This document shows positions 11,420 to 25,501 of a stretch of DNA of 64,000 bases, in pieces. The stretch's first letter is position 1, and each line of letters opens with the position of its first letter. The position numbers were made by a program, and so were the translations under genes. The notes below the pieces were generated by a model, which was given only the letters and a program-made list of their open reading frames with translations, had not been told where the DNA came from and made no database searches. The stretch lies in the NCBI GenBank assembly GCA_032718475.1, contig JAUCBJ010000606.1:50944-114943 (forward strand). Reading direction: 5' to 3'. This stretch comes from Nemertoderma westbladi (Eukaryota; Animalia; Xenacoelomorpha).

Positions 11420-12187
11420 ATATAAAAATAATTATAAGCAATTTTCAGTGTTTAATTTTGTTACCAACCAGAGATAAATAATGTATTGGATATGATTGGA
11501 ATATATCCCATAATAATGTTATTTAGCAAGAATGGTAAGGATAATATCTCATATTTATTTTTAACTTATAGTGCCAGTCAGGGCCGGACACACAATTTCT
11601 ACTAGCATTTTATAGCTATTCGTGTCCGACCTACCATCTACTATATTAAATATATAAAATTTAGTGCAATTTCTATTATATTATGGTAAATATACATTCA
11701 AGTTAAAGTTTAATAAATATTTTATAAGTTTTCTCTTTTATAGATGGAAATACGAATATTTCCTGATCTCGGAATCGCAAGGCAGTAAACTGTCAGGCTC
11801 TGAACAAAATCAAACAACCGCCTAAATTATAAAACAGACTTGAAATCTTTTAGTATCGCCGATCCGATATGATAACCTCGACTCTGGACTGTAAAGAACC
11901 GACATGATTTGTTCCTTATCAGATATTCGTCGTAGTCTGGGAAACCAGGAAATCTGGAAACACAAACCTGGAATCTACTGGAACTCAAATATTAGTGGCT
12001 TAACGGAGATGTTGGAACCAAATTACTTGAAACACAATTATCGAAAACTTCAGAATAAGTTAGTAATAAATTGTTACATGGAATATATCCTACAGTCGGG
12101 GTCTCAAAGTGTAATCTGGTATTACCGTTATTTTGAATACATTATTAATAAATTATATTATTTCTACTTATTTTATAGGTAGAGCTC

Positions 12188-15117
12188 ATAAACTCTATCC
12201 AATAACCCATCGGAACTATAAATTCTATCCACCAACCCATCGGAACCATAAACTCTATCCACAAACCCATCGGAACCCTAAATTCTATCCACCAACCCAT
12301 CAGAACCAAAAATTATATCCACCAACCCATCAGAACCATAATCTCTATCCACCAACCCATTGGAACCATAAACTCTATCCACCAACCCATCAGAAACATA
12401 AACTCTATTCACCAACCCATCGGAACCATAAACTCTATCTAGTAACCCATCGGAACCATAAACTCTATCCAGTAACCCATCGGAACCATAAACTCTATCC
12501 AGTAACCCAACGGAACCCTAAACTCTATTCACCAATCAATCAGAACCATAAACTCTATCCACCAACCCATCGGAACCATAAACTCTATTCACCAACACAA
12601 CGGAACCATAAATTCTATCCAGTAACCCATCAGAACCATAAACTATATTCACCAACCCATCGGAACCATAAACTCTATCCAGTAACCCATCGGAACCATA
12701 AACTCTATCCACCAACCCATCAGAACCATAAACTCTATCCACCAACCCATCAGAAACATAAACTCTATTCACCAACCCATCGGAACCATAAACTCTATCC
12801 AGTAACCCATCGGAACCATAAACTCTATCCACCAACCCATCAGAATCATAAACTCTATCCACCAACCCATCAGAAACATAAACTCTATTCACCAACCCAT
12901 CGGAACCATAAACTCTATCCACAAACCCAGCAGAACCATAAACTCTATTCACCAACCCATCGGAACCATAAACTCTATCCAGTAACCCATCGGAACCATA
13001 AACTCTATCCACCAACCCATCAGAACCATAAACTCTATCCACCAACCCATCAGAATCATAAACTCTATCCAGTGACCCATCGGAACCATAAACTCTTTTC
13101 ACCAACACAACGAACCATAAACTCTATTCACCAACCCATCGGAACCATAAACTCTATCCACCAACCCATCGGAACCATAAACTCTATCCACCAACGGATC
13201 GGAACCAAAAACTCTATCCACCAACCCATCGGAACCATAAACTCTATCCACCAACCCATCGGAACCATAAACTCTATCCACCAACACATCGGAACCATAA
13301 ACTCTATCCACCAACCCATCGGAACCATGAACTCTATCCACTAACCCATCGGAACCATAAACTCTATCCACAAACCTATCGGAACCATAAACTCTATCCA
13401 CCAAACCATCGGAACCATAAACTCTATCCACCAACCCATCGGAACCATAAACTCTATCCACCAACACATCGGAACCATAAACTCTATCCACCAACCCATC
13501 GGAACCTTAAACTCTATCCACCAACCCATCGGAACCATAAACTCTATCCACCAACACATCGGAACCATAAACTCTATCCACCAACCCATCGGAACCATAA
13601 ACTCTATCCACCAACCCATCGGAACCATAAACTCTATCCACCAACCCATGGGAACCATAATCTGTATCCACCAACCCATTGGAACCATAAACTCTATTCA
13701 CCAACCCATCGAAACCCTAAACTCTATCCACCCACCCTTCAGAACCATAAACTCTATTCACCAACCCATCGGAACCATAAACTCTATCCAGTAATCCATC
13801 AGAACCATAAACTCTATCAACCAACCCATCAGAACCAGAAAGTCTATTCACCAACCCATCGGAACCATAAACTCTATCCAGTAACCCATCGGAACCCTAA
13901 ATTCTATCCAGTAACCCATCGGAACCCTAAACTCTATTCACCAACCCATCAGAACCATAAACTCTATCCACCAACCCATCGGAACCATAAACTCTATTCA
14001 CCAACACAACGGAACCATAAATTCTATCCAGTAACCCATCGGAACCATAAACTATATCCACCAACCCATCAGAAACATAAACTCTATTCACCAACCCATC
14101 GGAACCATAAACTCTATCCAGTAACCCATCGGAACAATAAACTCTATCCACCAACCCATCAGAACCATAAACTCTATTCACCAACCCATCGGAACCATAA
14201 ACTAGTGACCTATCGGAACCATAAACTCTATTCACCAACCCATCAGAACCATAAACTCTATCCACCAACCCATTGGAACCATAAACTCTATCCACCAACC
14301 CATCGGAACCATAATCTGTATCCACCAACCCATTGGAACCATAAACTCTATTCACCAACCCATCGGAACCCTAAACTCTATCCACCCACCCTTCAGAACC
14401 ATAAACTCTATTCACCAACGCATCGGAACCATAAACTCTATTCACCAACACAACGGAACCATAAATGCTATCCAGTAACCCATCGGAACCATAAACTATA
14501 TCCACCAACCCATCAGAAACATAAACTCTATTCACCAACCCATCGGAACCATAAACTCGATCCAGTAACCCATCGGAACCATAAACTCTTTACACCAACA
14601 CAACGAACCATAAACTCTATTCATCAACCTATCGGAACCTTAAACTCTATCCACCAACCCATCAGAACCATAAACACTATCCAGCAACCCATCGGAACCA
14701 TAAACTCTTTCCAGTAACCCATCGGAACCCTAAACTCTATCCACCAACCCATCAGAACCATAAACTCTATCCAGTTACCCATCGGAAACTTAAACTCTAT
14801 TCACCAACCCATCAGAACCATAACCTCTATCCACCAACCCATCGGACTCATAAACTCTGTCCAGTAATCCATCGGAACCATAACCTCTATCCACCAACCC
14901 ATCAGAACCATAAACTCTATCCACCAACCCATCGGAACCATAACTTCTATCCATCAACCCATCGGAACCAGAAACTACATCCACCAACCCATCGGAACCA
15001 TAATCTGTATCCACCAACCCATTGGAACCATAAACTCTATTCACCAACCCATCGGTACCCTAAACTCTATCCACTAACCCATCGGAACCATAAACTCTGT
15101 CCACTAAACCATCGGAG
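12188..15117 (+). repeat. 30-bp minisatellite (CATAAACTCTATCCACCAACCCATCGGAAC)n, about 97 units
   Basis: Clear 30-bp period with single-base variants; 1-bp deletions near 13111 and 14605, 6-bp deletion near 14204. Confidence 0.97.
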
Positions 15118-15345
15118 TTATAAGATTTGGCAACTGAACTGGATCTTAATTACTGGTAAGTAATAATTATATGATTTTTTTGCCTTTGCTTGGTCACAGT
15201 GCAAACCTATCATCGAACATACGTCAATAAACATATTTCTATACATTAAACTATGATATACTAGATATATAGTATATTGCATGTCACAGTTATATAAATT
15301 AAATGAAACTAAACCATGAGTAGACTAGACTATGTCACTAATACA

Positions 15346-15540
15346 TACTACTAGGACGAGAGAGAATGGACTGGACAGTTGAAATGTATCCCTTTCAAGT
15401 TGGTCTTTCTATGTTATAGCCGGTCGTCCACGCCTACACTTTCATTGTGTTGGTTGCCAGAAAAGCAGATCTGGTATTAAGACCTCATGTTTACTTCTCC
15501 AGCAGTGCCCACTGAATCTTAATCTGCATTCACGGGGGTT
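15346..15540 (-). mobile_element. Old 3' fragment of an RTE-like LINE
   Basis: Minus strand reads RLRFSGHCWRS...LLFWQP...RGRPAI, homologous to the RLRFAGHCFR...LVLWQP tail of the RTE-like copies; short (TAG)n tail. Confidence 0.65.
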
Positions 15541-15579
15541 GTGTGGTTGATAAATGTGTTAATGTCATATTGTTGACAT

Positions 15580-18500
15580 CCCGGGTTGAGATTCTTAGTA
15601 TATTTCCTAAGTTCTAAACAAGTCTGCTTAGAAAGGCTTAGAACGCTTAGCAACGCTGGTGCAAAGGGTGAGTAAAGTACTTAACAAATTTTCCAATTTC
15701 ATAAAAAGGACATTGCAAGTTTATAATGTTTAGCAAGTTGTTGCTATGTGACTGACAAGTATTACAGGATATATAAACGTGCTTTATATGTAACCGATGA
15801 TATATGCAAGCACTTTGCAAGTGTAATGAACTAATAACATGCGCATTACAAATCTAGCATATATCTGTAACCTATATATTCCCGGCACTAGTTCGAACCT
15901 GCGTCGCAAATTTTTTTAAGTAATAATTATTATTTGGAAAATAAATGTTGTGGGAAGAGTGGCGGTTAGCTTTCGAATGAAAGTAAATGATGACCCCCCC
16001 CCCCCCCCCCGTAGCTGAGTAGGCCTACATCAGTACATTGGTAATATACTCTACACTGTGCCCGGTAATTGCCGGTAAATGCCTACATCTGTCTGTCTGT
16101 ACAATGTACAGTCTGTCAGTCTGTACATGTCTCTACAGCACTAGGCCTACTGCAGTACTGGAACAGGCTGACAGGCAGACTACTGGACTAGTAACAGGTA
16201 CAGGCCTAACCGAACAGCTGATCAGGCAACCCTGATCAGGTAATTTATTTTGGAGGATATGGAAAACCGCCATTTAATTTAAATATGTAATTGACATCTT
16301 ACAGTTGTATGATTAAGTCCGGTACTTTCCCAAGTGTGTTACTTTTTGGTGTAGATTTTAATTACAGCTGTGTTCGCCTATGTTCCGCCTGTATTCTATT
16401 GTGTTCTGCTGTGTTCTACTGTGTTCTGCTGTGTTCTGTAAAAAGAACTATCCCCCCTCCCCCATGACATATGTAAACAAATTAATACAGAGACTCAATG
16501 TTTTTAATATAAACAACATATAAACAAACATATTATTACTGTACGTTACATAGATATATACACATCAGATATAAACGCGCAAATACTGTAGGTCTACACT
16601 AAAACACAGTTACGTCGGAAAAATTTATCCAAAAAGTTCAAAAATGGTATTCCTCATTTCTGTTTATGCAATAAAACTATTTAATTCAAATTTGTAATCT
16701 TATCAAGCGCTACAGTAGATTACGATTTGAGCACGAAATAAAATAGAAAATTTATATAAAGTTACAAAGTCATATAAAGTTACCAATAACATCATCATAT
16801 TATATTATAACTATATGGATTGCAGCAATTGTATTTTGAACATTAGGGTTAACTTTTCCCAATGAAAATAGTGGTTCAATGAATAAATTAAAATTAGAAA
16901 TACATACACAGAAACATTAAAAATGATTTTAGACATGTTCAAAATCATTAATACAAGGAATTCCAAATAATGAAGTGCTACGGCTACCATTCATAGTACT
17001 GGTATTGTAGATATAGATATAAGGTTATTATTGATATTAGATGCAGGATAACTAGCGGTACATTGTGGTGGTCCAGTTGAATTTTAGGGCATTTTTTTAC
17101 AATTTCGTTACCGGTACTACCCGGTGTCTGTGAGAAAAGACGGTTTCCTTGGGAAAATGTCTGGAAAACACAGAATAAAAAATCAGGGAAAATATTTCTA
17201 AAGTAGGCCTACTTTTTTATCTTCATTTTGTTATTTTATATTGGGAGTTGCCGCCCCCAAACCCCAGACCCCCGTTTAGTACAATGAAACGGCTTTAACA
17301 ATAATATAATATAAAGCAGAAATTACAATTAATATTATACTCTGAGAGTTTTACAAGAACCTACAGTAATCAGTAACTACAGTATAATGCCAAATAGATA
17401 ACACAGATGCAAATAAGAGAAAGCACAACACATTACATAGTTTACAGATTCAGTTTACAGCGTCAGACGAGTGGAGTGATCGGCAATCCAGCTCCATCCT
17501 CCGTACCCAGACCACTGTGCCACTTTAGCCTCGACTCCCTGATGCAAATGAGAAGCCCCTCGAACTATGGCGAACTGCACACGGCGGCGAACCCACTCCA
17601 TGACGGTGCTATAAGGTCTGTCCCAGTTGTGGTGTAACCTATCAGCGAAGATACTCGGGAGCTTGTTGGCATGCGGTGCCAGAACTCCATTCTACGGAGA
17701 GACAAGAGACTACGAAGGGTGCAAAAGTCCGCTCTCCTCTGTCTCGCTGGTTCCACATATAGTGCGGTTTTAGCGTCCTCCACAGATTCTAGGACCCTCA
17801 TCGGGGGGCGTCCCGCATATGGCTCGGCGTCAAGGTTTACGACCCTGATATCTAACAACGCCTGAGTCTGCCGGTTGAATGCCCCCGAACTCATACATCA
17901 CACCAAGTCCTGCCTCTCCACTTAATCCAGGCTGGTCTCTGACTATGGGTTCCGACTGTCACGTTTCGTGGTCCAAATGCTAGAGAGGCCAGATCCCCAA
18001 CAACATCACGGAGTTCAATATATGTCTTTGGATTGAGGCCTTTTTTAAATTCCAATTCTTCCAAAGTCAATTGTTATTAATCAAATTTCACTAACATTCA
18101 AATAATTTGAATTTTAATTGTATCAATTAGGCATTAATTCAATTAAATTGTCAATTAGCAACAATCGGACAATTAGGCAAACCATAAATATTTCATTAAC
18201 GATATAGACAGTACAAACAAAACAAATAAACAATAAACAAAACAAGTATACAACAGGCACTAAACAATTAAAGATTACAAAACTTTATAAAGAATAACAA
18301 AATTAAAGAGTACAAAATACAATAAACAATTGAATTGAAGTAAACAAACAGCAATAAAACTACCAGTATAAATTAAAGTAACAAAACCTTATACACTATT
18401 TATTAAAGTAAGCAAAACTCATTAAGCAATTAAACGTAAATAAAGAAAACTCAATAAACGCAACTCTGCAGTAGGCCTACTGACCACAAAATGACTGAAT

Positions 18501-18831
18501 GAGTCATTTATTGGCGGTGGATCATGTGACTGATTTTTAATTGCAATGCGTGTCAAGCACCACTAAAGTTCTTATTAAATTTTTGTCAAGTTATAAAGTC
18601 AACGAAAGTATGTTCTAGGTATACAAAATTTGTTAAGAATTTGGTAAGTGCATTGCATGATAAGTGCCCACCCAAATATTTCTTAAAATCTATACTGTAC
18701 TTGGCAAGTATTTTTTAATTCCTTAACAAATAATGCAAAATGTGGTAATTGTAAAAATTTAGTAAAATTATCATGCCAGTACCTTGCCATTAGGTAGTAC
18801 TTTACTAATATGATACGATTCTCAACCCGGG
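15580..18831. mobile_element. Non-autonomous CMC/EnSpm-like DNA transposon
   Basis: TIR CCCGGGTTGAGA (perfect for 12 bp, imperfect to ~25 bp) at both ends with 2-bp AT on each side; CCC...GGG ends with a 2-bp TSD fit animal EnSpm-type elements. Confidence 0.65.
17470..18030 (-). pseudogene. Degenerate 3' fragment of a restriction-like-endonuclease (CRE-like) non-LTR retrotransposon
   Basis: GAFNRQTQALLDIRVVNLDAEPY...E..K..LY; GC-rich island; frameshifted. Confidence 0.65.
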
Positions 18832-19459
18832 ATATGTTCGTATTGTCATATTGTTGTCCCCAGATGTTATGTTTATCATTAATGTTTCAATTTTCTGATA
18901 GAACGACATTTTATTATTCCTTATTGATTTATAGATTAAGAATTTAACCGCAAAAAGAAACACAATTTAATAAATTAAATGAATGAACTGAGCGATTTTG
19001 TGTAACTTATGATGATTCGCTATTTACAAACTCCAGTTGGTCGCCACTATCTCAATAAACATTAAAGTAAGTGTAGCATCCATTCATAAAATAAACACTA
19101 ACTTTTTTACTTACATCTTTATCTTACAGCACCGGTATTGGTTTCTTCTCTATAACAACAGCAGACTAGTTAGTGTTTATTAAGTTGCACAGAGTTTGTT
19201 AAGCTAAGCTGTTAGTTGGATAGCACGCTAACACGAATCTGGGCCGAACTGAACCGAACTGATCGAAAGTGTGGCGAACTGGACCGAAGGTCTATAGCGA
19301 TAGTGTTAACCGAAATTCTGCCCATCTTCAGGATTTTATCTCTGCAAATGGATTGTTTTCGGCTGGAACCTAGTTCAAAAAGGGAACTGGAAAGCTATGG
19401 ACTCATAGTGAACCCAGTGGTCACAAGTCCCTGATAGGCCATTTTCTGTTTCGTAGGAA

Positions 19460-20335
19460 ATAAAGGAGCTCTATAGAAGACTGTAATGCTTTTACACTTC
19501 GACCCTTCTCCAGTGATCACCGCCTTATTGTGGCTAAGGTAAGACTTAGTATGCGTGCTAGCAGAACAACGAAATCTGCGTTGCCGCGGCATGACTGGTC
19601 CTCTCTGTTGTTACAGCCAAGTGTGAGATACAGCTTCACACTACAGCTGAGCAACAGGTATGAGGTTCTTTCCTCTGAGGCGGCAGATCACTGCGAGGGC
19701 TATACTGCCTACACAGAAGCAGTTAAGTTAGCAGCTGCAGAAACAGTTCCTGTATACCCTCGAAACAGGAAAAGGGCCCCCTGGACTGACCACAAAATTC
19801 AGAAGTGCCGATATGACCTTCATAAGGCGCCGAAAGAGTCCCGACTCAAACAGACAACAGCGGCCAAGAATGCAGTTAAGGTTGCATCTAGATCCCCGAA
19901 CAGGCAGTACTCTGTTAATATGCAGGAGCTAATAAACCAACAGGTTGATGCCATCAATGATTCTGACAACAGCAGGCAATCATCCCAGGCATAAAAATTG
20001 ATCAACTTGCTTACTGGGCGGAAAAGCCAACCAACCACCAAGGTTAATACAGAATCACCAGCCGATCGCCTCAATGGTTTGAAGGCCCACTTTGAAAAGC
20101 TCCTCAATAATGACAGGGTATTGTCTGATAACTTTATAGAAGTAAAAGTGTCTGAGTCTGTACTCCCAGATATTCTCATTGGCGATATCTCCTTTGCAGA
20201 AGTGAAGGCTGCTGCAAAGAGAAGACAGGCATCTGGCTGTTATCTTTGTTGACTTCTTCAAGGCCTTTGATTCAGTCTCTCGCTCACGTATCTTCAGCAT
20301 ACTTTCATTATATGGGATTCCTGATGAAATTGGAT
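19460..20335 (+). pseudogene. Internally deleted RTE-like LINE fragment (APE end, linker, RT start)
   Basis: SSDHRLIVAK (APE C-terminus), LSNRYEVL linker, then LAVIFVDFFKAFDSVSR...YGIP at ~20234-20330; contains stops. Confidence 0.8.
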
Positions 20336-21696
20336 TCCTGGCAAGTATAACGTGTACTGTATGCTTTGGTCAGTCGCCATGTAGGTAAGACTGTGTAATA
20401 AGTTTCCCCATAGTTTCCATATATCTGTTGGACAATATTAACTGTGTTCAGTTGGCTATTAATTACTGTGGATGTCGGACGGTATACCACCGTCGAGGTA
20501 TCTTCTATTGATTGTGCTGTAATTTGTCTACTGGTACTTATATATTTATCAGCTATTATTAGCAACGATAAACCAGTAACTCTTGCATTTTACCAGCCTA
20601 CGGTCTTCAGCCCTCATAGTCATTATAAACACGGCGATGCGTAGGAAACACGACAAGAGATTTACCCGGTCGGGATCCCACGCCAACTTGGATCCCATCA
20701 CATATTATTATATTATTTATTTATTTACAGAATAACCGCGAATCAAAAAAGAAATCCTAATAAAGTTATCCAACCCTCTACAGAAAGAAGTTCAGATGTT
20801 GGAACGTCAAACTGTCCTAATTATTCCATTGAAGATCAGATCAAATGATTGAATAACATCAGTTCAATTCCGTATCTTACAGAATATTACATTTAGTTAC
20901 AAAAAATAATTTAGAGTATTTTGTATTAATTTTAATTTATGGAATTTTTTAACTCTATTTATATAAAAAATAATAACAAAGATTTATTAGTATTTTCCAT
21001 AGGGAGAGCTCGCAATGTTTGCTAAAATTAGATATTAAATAATTAATTTATATCAGATGTAAATACAATAATGATATAAATTTCTTTCAATATATTTCCA
21101 TTTTAATTCGTTCTTGGTCGATATTATTCCCATATTATCTGTATTGTGTATTCTTGTAATACCTGTGTATCTCCTACGTGTCCCTTTGGTAGACACAAAC
21201 CTGGTCCATCTACTAATAAAACGTTTTAATTATAACTCAGAGGTTCCCATTGGTTATATTATTAACCAATCGGTTCTTTAACCAATAAAACATTGGTTTA
21301 CAATGAGTGTAACGGAGTTGGTTTCCATTCAGAACTACTATAATGTTATATGTTTATCTAATCTATTCTAATTATCTCGGTCCCACTGTGGCTGGTTGTG
21401 GTTTCCCTAAAGTTACCCGACAACCCTATGTCATTGTACGTCCGTCCGTGTTACTAAACTATCAACTCTGTTTGGACAATCGCACTCCATTCTGCATCCA
21501 AAATCTCCAGTTCAGCTATTTATATCCTTATAAAGGTTATATTTAGCATTAATTAATTACAGCGATCAGTGGATTGGTTACAGACTTGTTCAGTAAACCC
21601 AGGGGGGTCTGTATTGGATACACAGGGTTCCTTCTCTATATACTTACATTCCTATATGAAACACTGACATGAAACCAAATCAGATTTTCAGCTGTT

Positions 21697-22446
21697 GTAA
21701 TTATTGAAGGATCATTATTGTGAGCTAACCCTATTCCTTTATATTAATTATTTGTAATTATTGAAGGATCATTATTGTGAGCTAACCCTATTCCTTTATA
21801 TTAATTATTTGTATTTATTGAAGGATCATTATTGTGAGCTAACCCTATTCCTTTATATTAATTATTTGTATTTATTGAAGGATCATTATTGTGAGCTAAC
21901 CCTATTCCTTTATATTAATTATTTGTAATTATTGAAGGATCATTATTGTGAGCTAACCCTATTCCTTTATATTAATTATTTGTATTTATTGAAGGATCAT
22001 TATTGTGAGCTAACCCTATTCCTTTATATTAATTATTTGTATTTATTGAAGGATCATTATTGTGAGCTAACCCTATTCCTTTATATTAATTATTTGTATT
22101 TATTGAAGGATCATTATTGTGAGCTAACCCTATTCCTTTATATTAATTATTTGTATTTATTGAAGGATCATTATTGTGAGATAACCCTATTCCTTTATAT
22201 TAATTATTTGTATTTATTGAAGGATCATTATTGTGAGCTAACCCTATTCCTTTATATTAATTATTTGTATTTATTGAAGGATCATTATTGTGAGCTAACC
22301 CTATTCCTTTATATTAATTATTTGTATTTATTGAAGGATCATTATTGTGAGCTAACCCTATTCCTTTATATTAATTATTCGTATTTATTAAAGGATCATT
22401 ATTGTGAGCTAACCCTATTCCTTTATATTAATTATTTGTAATTATT
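21697..22446 (+). repeat. 57-bp minisatellite, about 13 near-identical units
   Basis: TTATTGAAGGATCATTATTGTGAGCTAACCCTATTCCTTTATATTAATTATTTGTA(A/T) in tandem. Confidence 0.97.
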
Positions 22447-22589
22447 CGGTTTAATTGATGCGATTTAATTGGATTTTGTCCCAGTTATTTATATTGAGTC
22501 TTAATAAAGAAATTATGTTGAATTATGTATGAAAATGGATTATGTAATTATATTGAAATATGTAATAATTAATATAAGAAAGCTAGGAG

Positions 22590-24063
22590 AGGGAGGGGGG
22601 GGGGGGGGGGGGGGGGTGTAAGTTAGTCTGTTTCATGGGGGGTGGGGGGGGGGGGGGTAAGTTAGTCTGTTTCATTGGGGAGGGGGGGGGGGGGGGGTAC
22701 TAGGGACCATAGACCACCCCGTAGAGTCCCTCTTTGTTAGTGAGTGAGGGGTCCATGGTCTCCATAATGGAGGCCACATTTCCGACCAGGATGGAAACCG
22801 CCAGTCTCTGCAGGAGGAAGCGGTGAGAGCGGGGCTCCTGTGTAACAGAGTGGAGTCTTGCCCCGATCTCCTTCAGGAACTCGGATGTTTCAGGGCCGGG
22901 GCAGCCTAAAGTGTCGTAGGCTACCGGGTGGAAATGGTAGCCGTGGTCCATGAGTTCCTGGTACTTTTGGATCTTTAGAGTTTCCGCTTCCTTTGCAGTG
23001 CGGCCTCTGGAGGAGATCGTCTGGGCGAGGTGGCTGGGCGCCAGTGGCTCTACCACCGCTGGGTCACATGTGAGGAACCATCCGTGGCTCCACGGGACCA
23101 AGGTGACGCCATCTACTCGCTTCCCATCCCTGACTCGGTGAAATCACCTCCGCTTTGCAGGAAATTGCTTTCGCCGTGAGGTCCTGCCAGTGCATAATCT
23201 TGTACTTTGGCAGACTCATGGAGTGAATAAGCATGATGGACAGCCCATGACTTTCTTTAGACGCATCATAAAGGACACTGGCCTTGAAGATGCGGATGAT
23301 CTAGCAAATGTTATTGGTGATAGGGAGTTGTGGCGGCACAATTTTGTCGACAAGGCGGCGCTTCATTCTTAAAAATGCAGCTGCCGAATGCCGATCCTAG
23401 TAGTAGCAGTATTATCCCTGACACAAGCCTATTGGCTCAAGTGTATTGTGGATGCCACAGCTGATGAGTGCCTGGCGTACAATATCGTTCAACATTGAGT
23501 GGTGCCGAAGTCTGCCGAGGTTCCTTGAGCAGGAAAGACCATGGAGGCCACACGACAGAACATCCTTACCATACTGGGCGCAGCTGTGGGGCTCAGTCAG
23601 CCTGCAGCCAAATCGAGTACCGATCAAGATCCATAACTGCGAGTCCGTCAACTTTAGTCCCAGAGAGGTAACAGGGATGGCATCAAGCCTGCAGTCTGTG
23701 GCAGAATGGCCAGGGAACCTTGCCACCCTGGATAGTGGGAGGGACTCCTGCAGTGCTGTTAGCCTGGCGTCGTGGACAGGGGCCAGGAAAGCCCATTGTT
23801 TGGTGGACACAAGTGGGAAGGTAACGGGGACAAGTAGCGTCACTGTCGGTGGTGGTGGTGTTGTGGGTGGTGGCGGTGGTGTCGCGGGTGGTTTTGGTGG
23901 CATTGCTGATGGTGGCGGTAGCGTCGCTGTCAGTGGCAGTGGTGTCTCGGGAGGTCGCGGTGGCGGTGGTGGAGTCATTGCGAAAAGTGGCGGTGGTATT
24001 GTGGACAGTGGTGTAGCAGATGGTTTGAGGATTGTCGACCACGCAGCGAGGGCACGGTTGTAG
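22590..24063 (-). mobile_element. 3' portion of a CRE-like (RLE) non-LTR retrotransposon, interrupted at 23135-23413
   Basis: Degenerate Zn knuckle (C...HGLSC), RHHSMLNDIV, EPIGL, RVDGVTLVPW..G, AETLKIQKY, FHPVAYDTLG, LQRLAVSILVGN; Pro/Thr low-complexity insert; C-rich tail on the element strand. Confidence 0.8.
23135..23413 (+). mobile_element. 5'-truncated RTE-like LINE nested in the CRE-like element
   Basis: Homologous to 37440-37710; (TAG)n tail; 9-bp TSD ATCCCTGAC at 23126-23134 and 23414-23422. Confidence 0.88.
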
Positions 24064-24199
24064 CAGGCTGGAGACTCAAAGAGGGAATAGAGAGACCAGA
24101 GAAGTAAACTAGTAGTAGAGTAAACTACATATGGGATAATCAGTTTGTTCCCGATTATAAAATACTTTTAAGTCAGCTATCCCAAATAGTAAAAGATAA

Positions 24200-24510
24200 T
24201 TTCATTCAAACATGATGGACTAATTTGGCTAGTTCCTCACGTAGTTTGTGGTATGTTAAACTCATGCTCAGCTATGTTACACAAACCTTCGTCGGACTTT
24301 AACAAAGTTGAGATGTTTGTCTCACTGTCTGCAGGTCGAGCTAGGTCGTTGGCACAATATTCCGCGTGGTCAGAGATTGTGCCAACTTTGTGATCTGGGG
24401 GAGGTTGAGGACGAAAACCATTTCTTGTTGAAGTGTCCGCTTTAAAAATCCCTGCGGGATAAATTTCTTCCCGCTAAATACACAAGATTACCAACAATTG
24501 CTAAATTATT
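24200..24510 (+). pseudogene. LINE ORF2 C-terminal zinc-finger fragment (RTEX-like)
   Basis: From 24329 reads LQVELGRWHNIPRGQRLCQLCDLGEVEDENHF then, after a frameshift, LLKCP. Confidence 0.7.
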
Positions 24511-24959
24511 TGAGTCATTAGCAAAGCAATTAATGGGGGGTAGCACTTGATAGCACTAATTGAACCTCACATTTTTGTATCTCTGGAGCATAAAATTGAG
24601 TGAACATTATTTTTTGTGCTACTAAACATCGTCTGGAGTGTGTGAGAATAACCAAACTAAGTATTTTTAAAATCGGCCCTAAAATGGCTCCGTAATGGCC
24701 AAAAGTGCCCTTTTGCGCCAAGGGCTATTTCTCCACAAATATTTGAAATTTTGAATATTGGTTCAGAAGAACCCTGCATCCAATTCTTCTGAACAAATTG
24801 TCCCTCAAATGCTCTGGAGTCTTTTTAGAACAAAAAGTCCCAAAAAAGGTATTTTTGATAAAAAAAAAAAGGCTCCATGGCATTTCCAACCAAATTTGTT
24901 CAGAACAAGTATGGAGAAGGGTAACCTTAACAAGTGTACCATATTTTAACCATTTCAGT

Positions 24960-25501
24960 TACTACTACTACTAGGATCGGCATGCTGCATTGCAGCTGCA
25001 TTTTTAAGAATGCTGTGCCGGCTTGTCAACAAAATTGCACCGCCACAACTCCCTATTACCCATGACATTTGCTAGATCATCCGCATCTTCAAGGCCAGTG
25101 TCCTTTAAGATGCGTCTCAAGAAAGTCATGGGCTGTCCACCATGCTTATTCACTCCATGAGGCTGCCAAAGTACAAGATTATGCACTGGCTGGTCCTCAC
25201 GGCGAAAGCAATGTCCTGCAAAGCGGAGGCGATTTTGTTCTAGTGTCAAGCTTGGGGGAACCAATGAGACACCTCCAATGTTATATAGTGTCTGGTTGGA
25301 GATGTGTGCATTGTACTTGACACAATGAACCCGGCGTAGCATTCTTGTGAATGTGCCATCCAGAGATTTGGTGTCCTCAGCAGTTAGAACCCAGCATGGA
25401 CTCCCGTAGAGGAGTACTGGAACTACTGCTGCTCTAAATAATCGGACCTTAATTTTCCGATTAATTCTCGGTGACTTCCAACTCCTGGAAAGCCTATTCA
25501 A
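24960..25501 (-). mobile_element. 5'-truncated RTE-like LINE
   Basis: Nearly identical to 37167-37710; (TAG)n tail at 24960-24973. Confidence 0.9.

Noticed and set aside
11744-12130. Possible host exon downstream of the ROCO gene
   Set aside because: Acceptor-like site present, but no recognisable protein motif and only a short ORF.
12536-15047. Minus-strand repeat ORFs (DRVYGSDGLV, MVPMGWWIEF)
   Set aside because: Alternative frames of the 30-bp array with no independent coding evidence.
21932-22441. 169-aa repetitive ORF
   Set aside because: By-product of a 57-bp (multiple of 3) minisatellite; neighbouring units carry stops in that frame.
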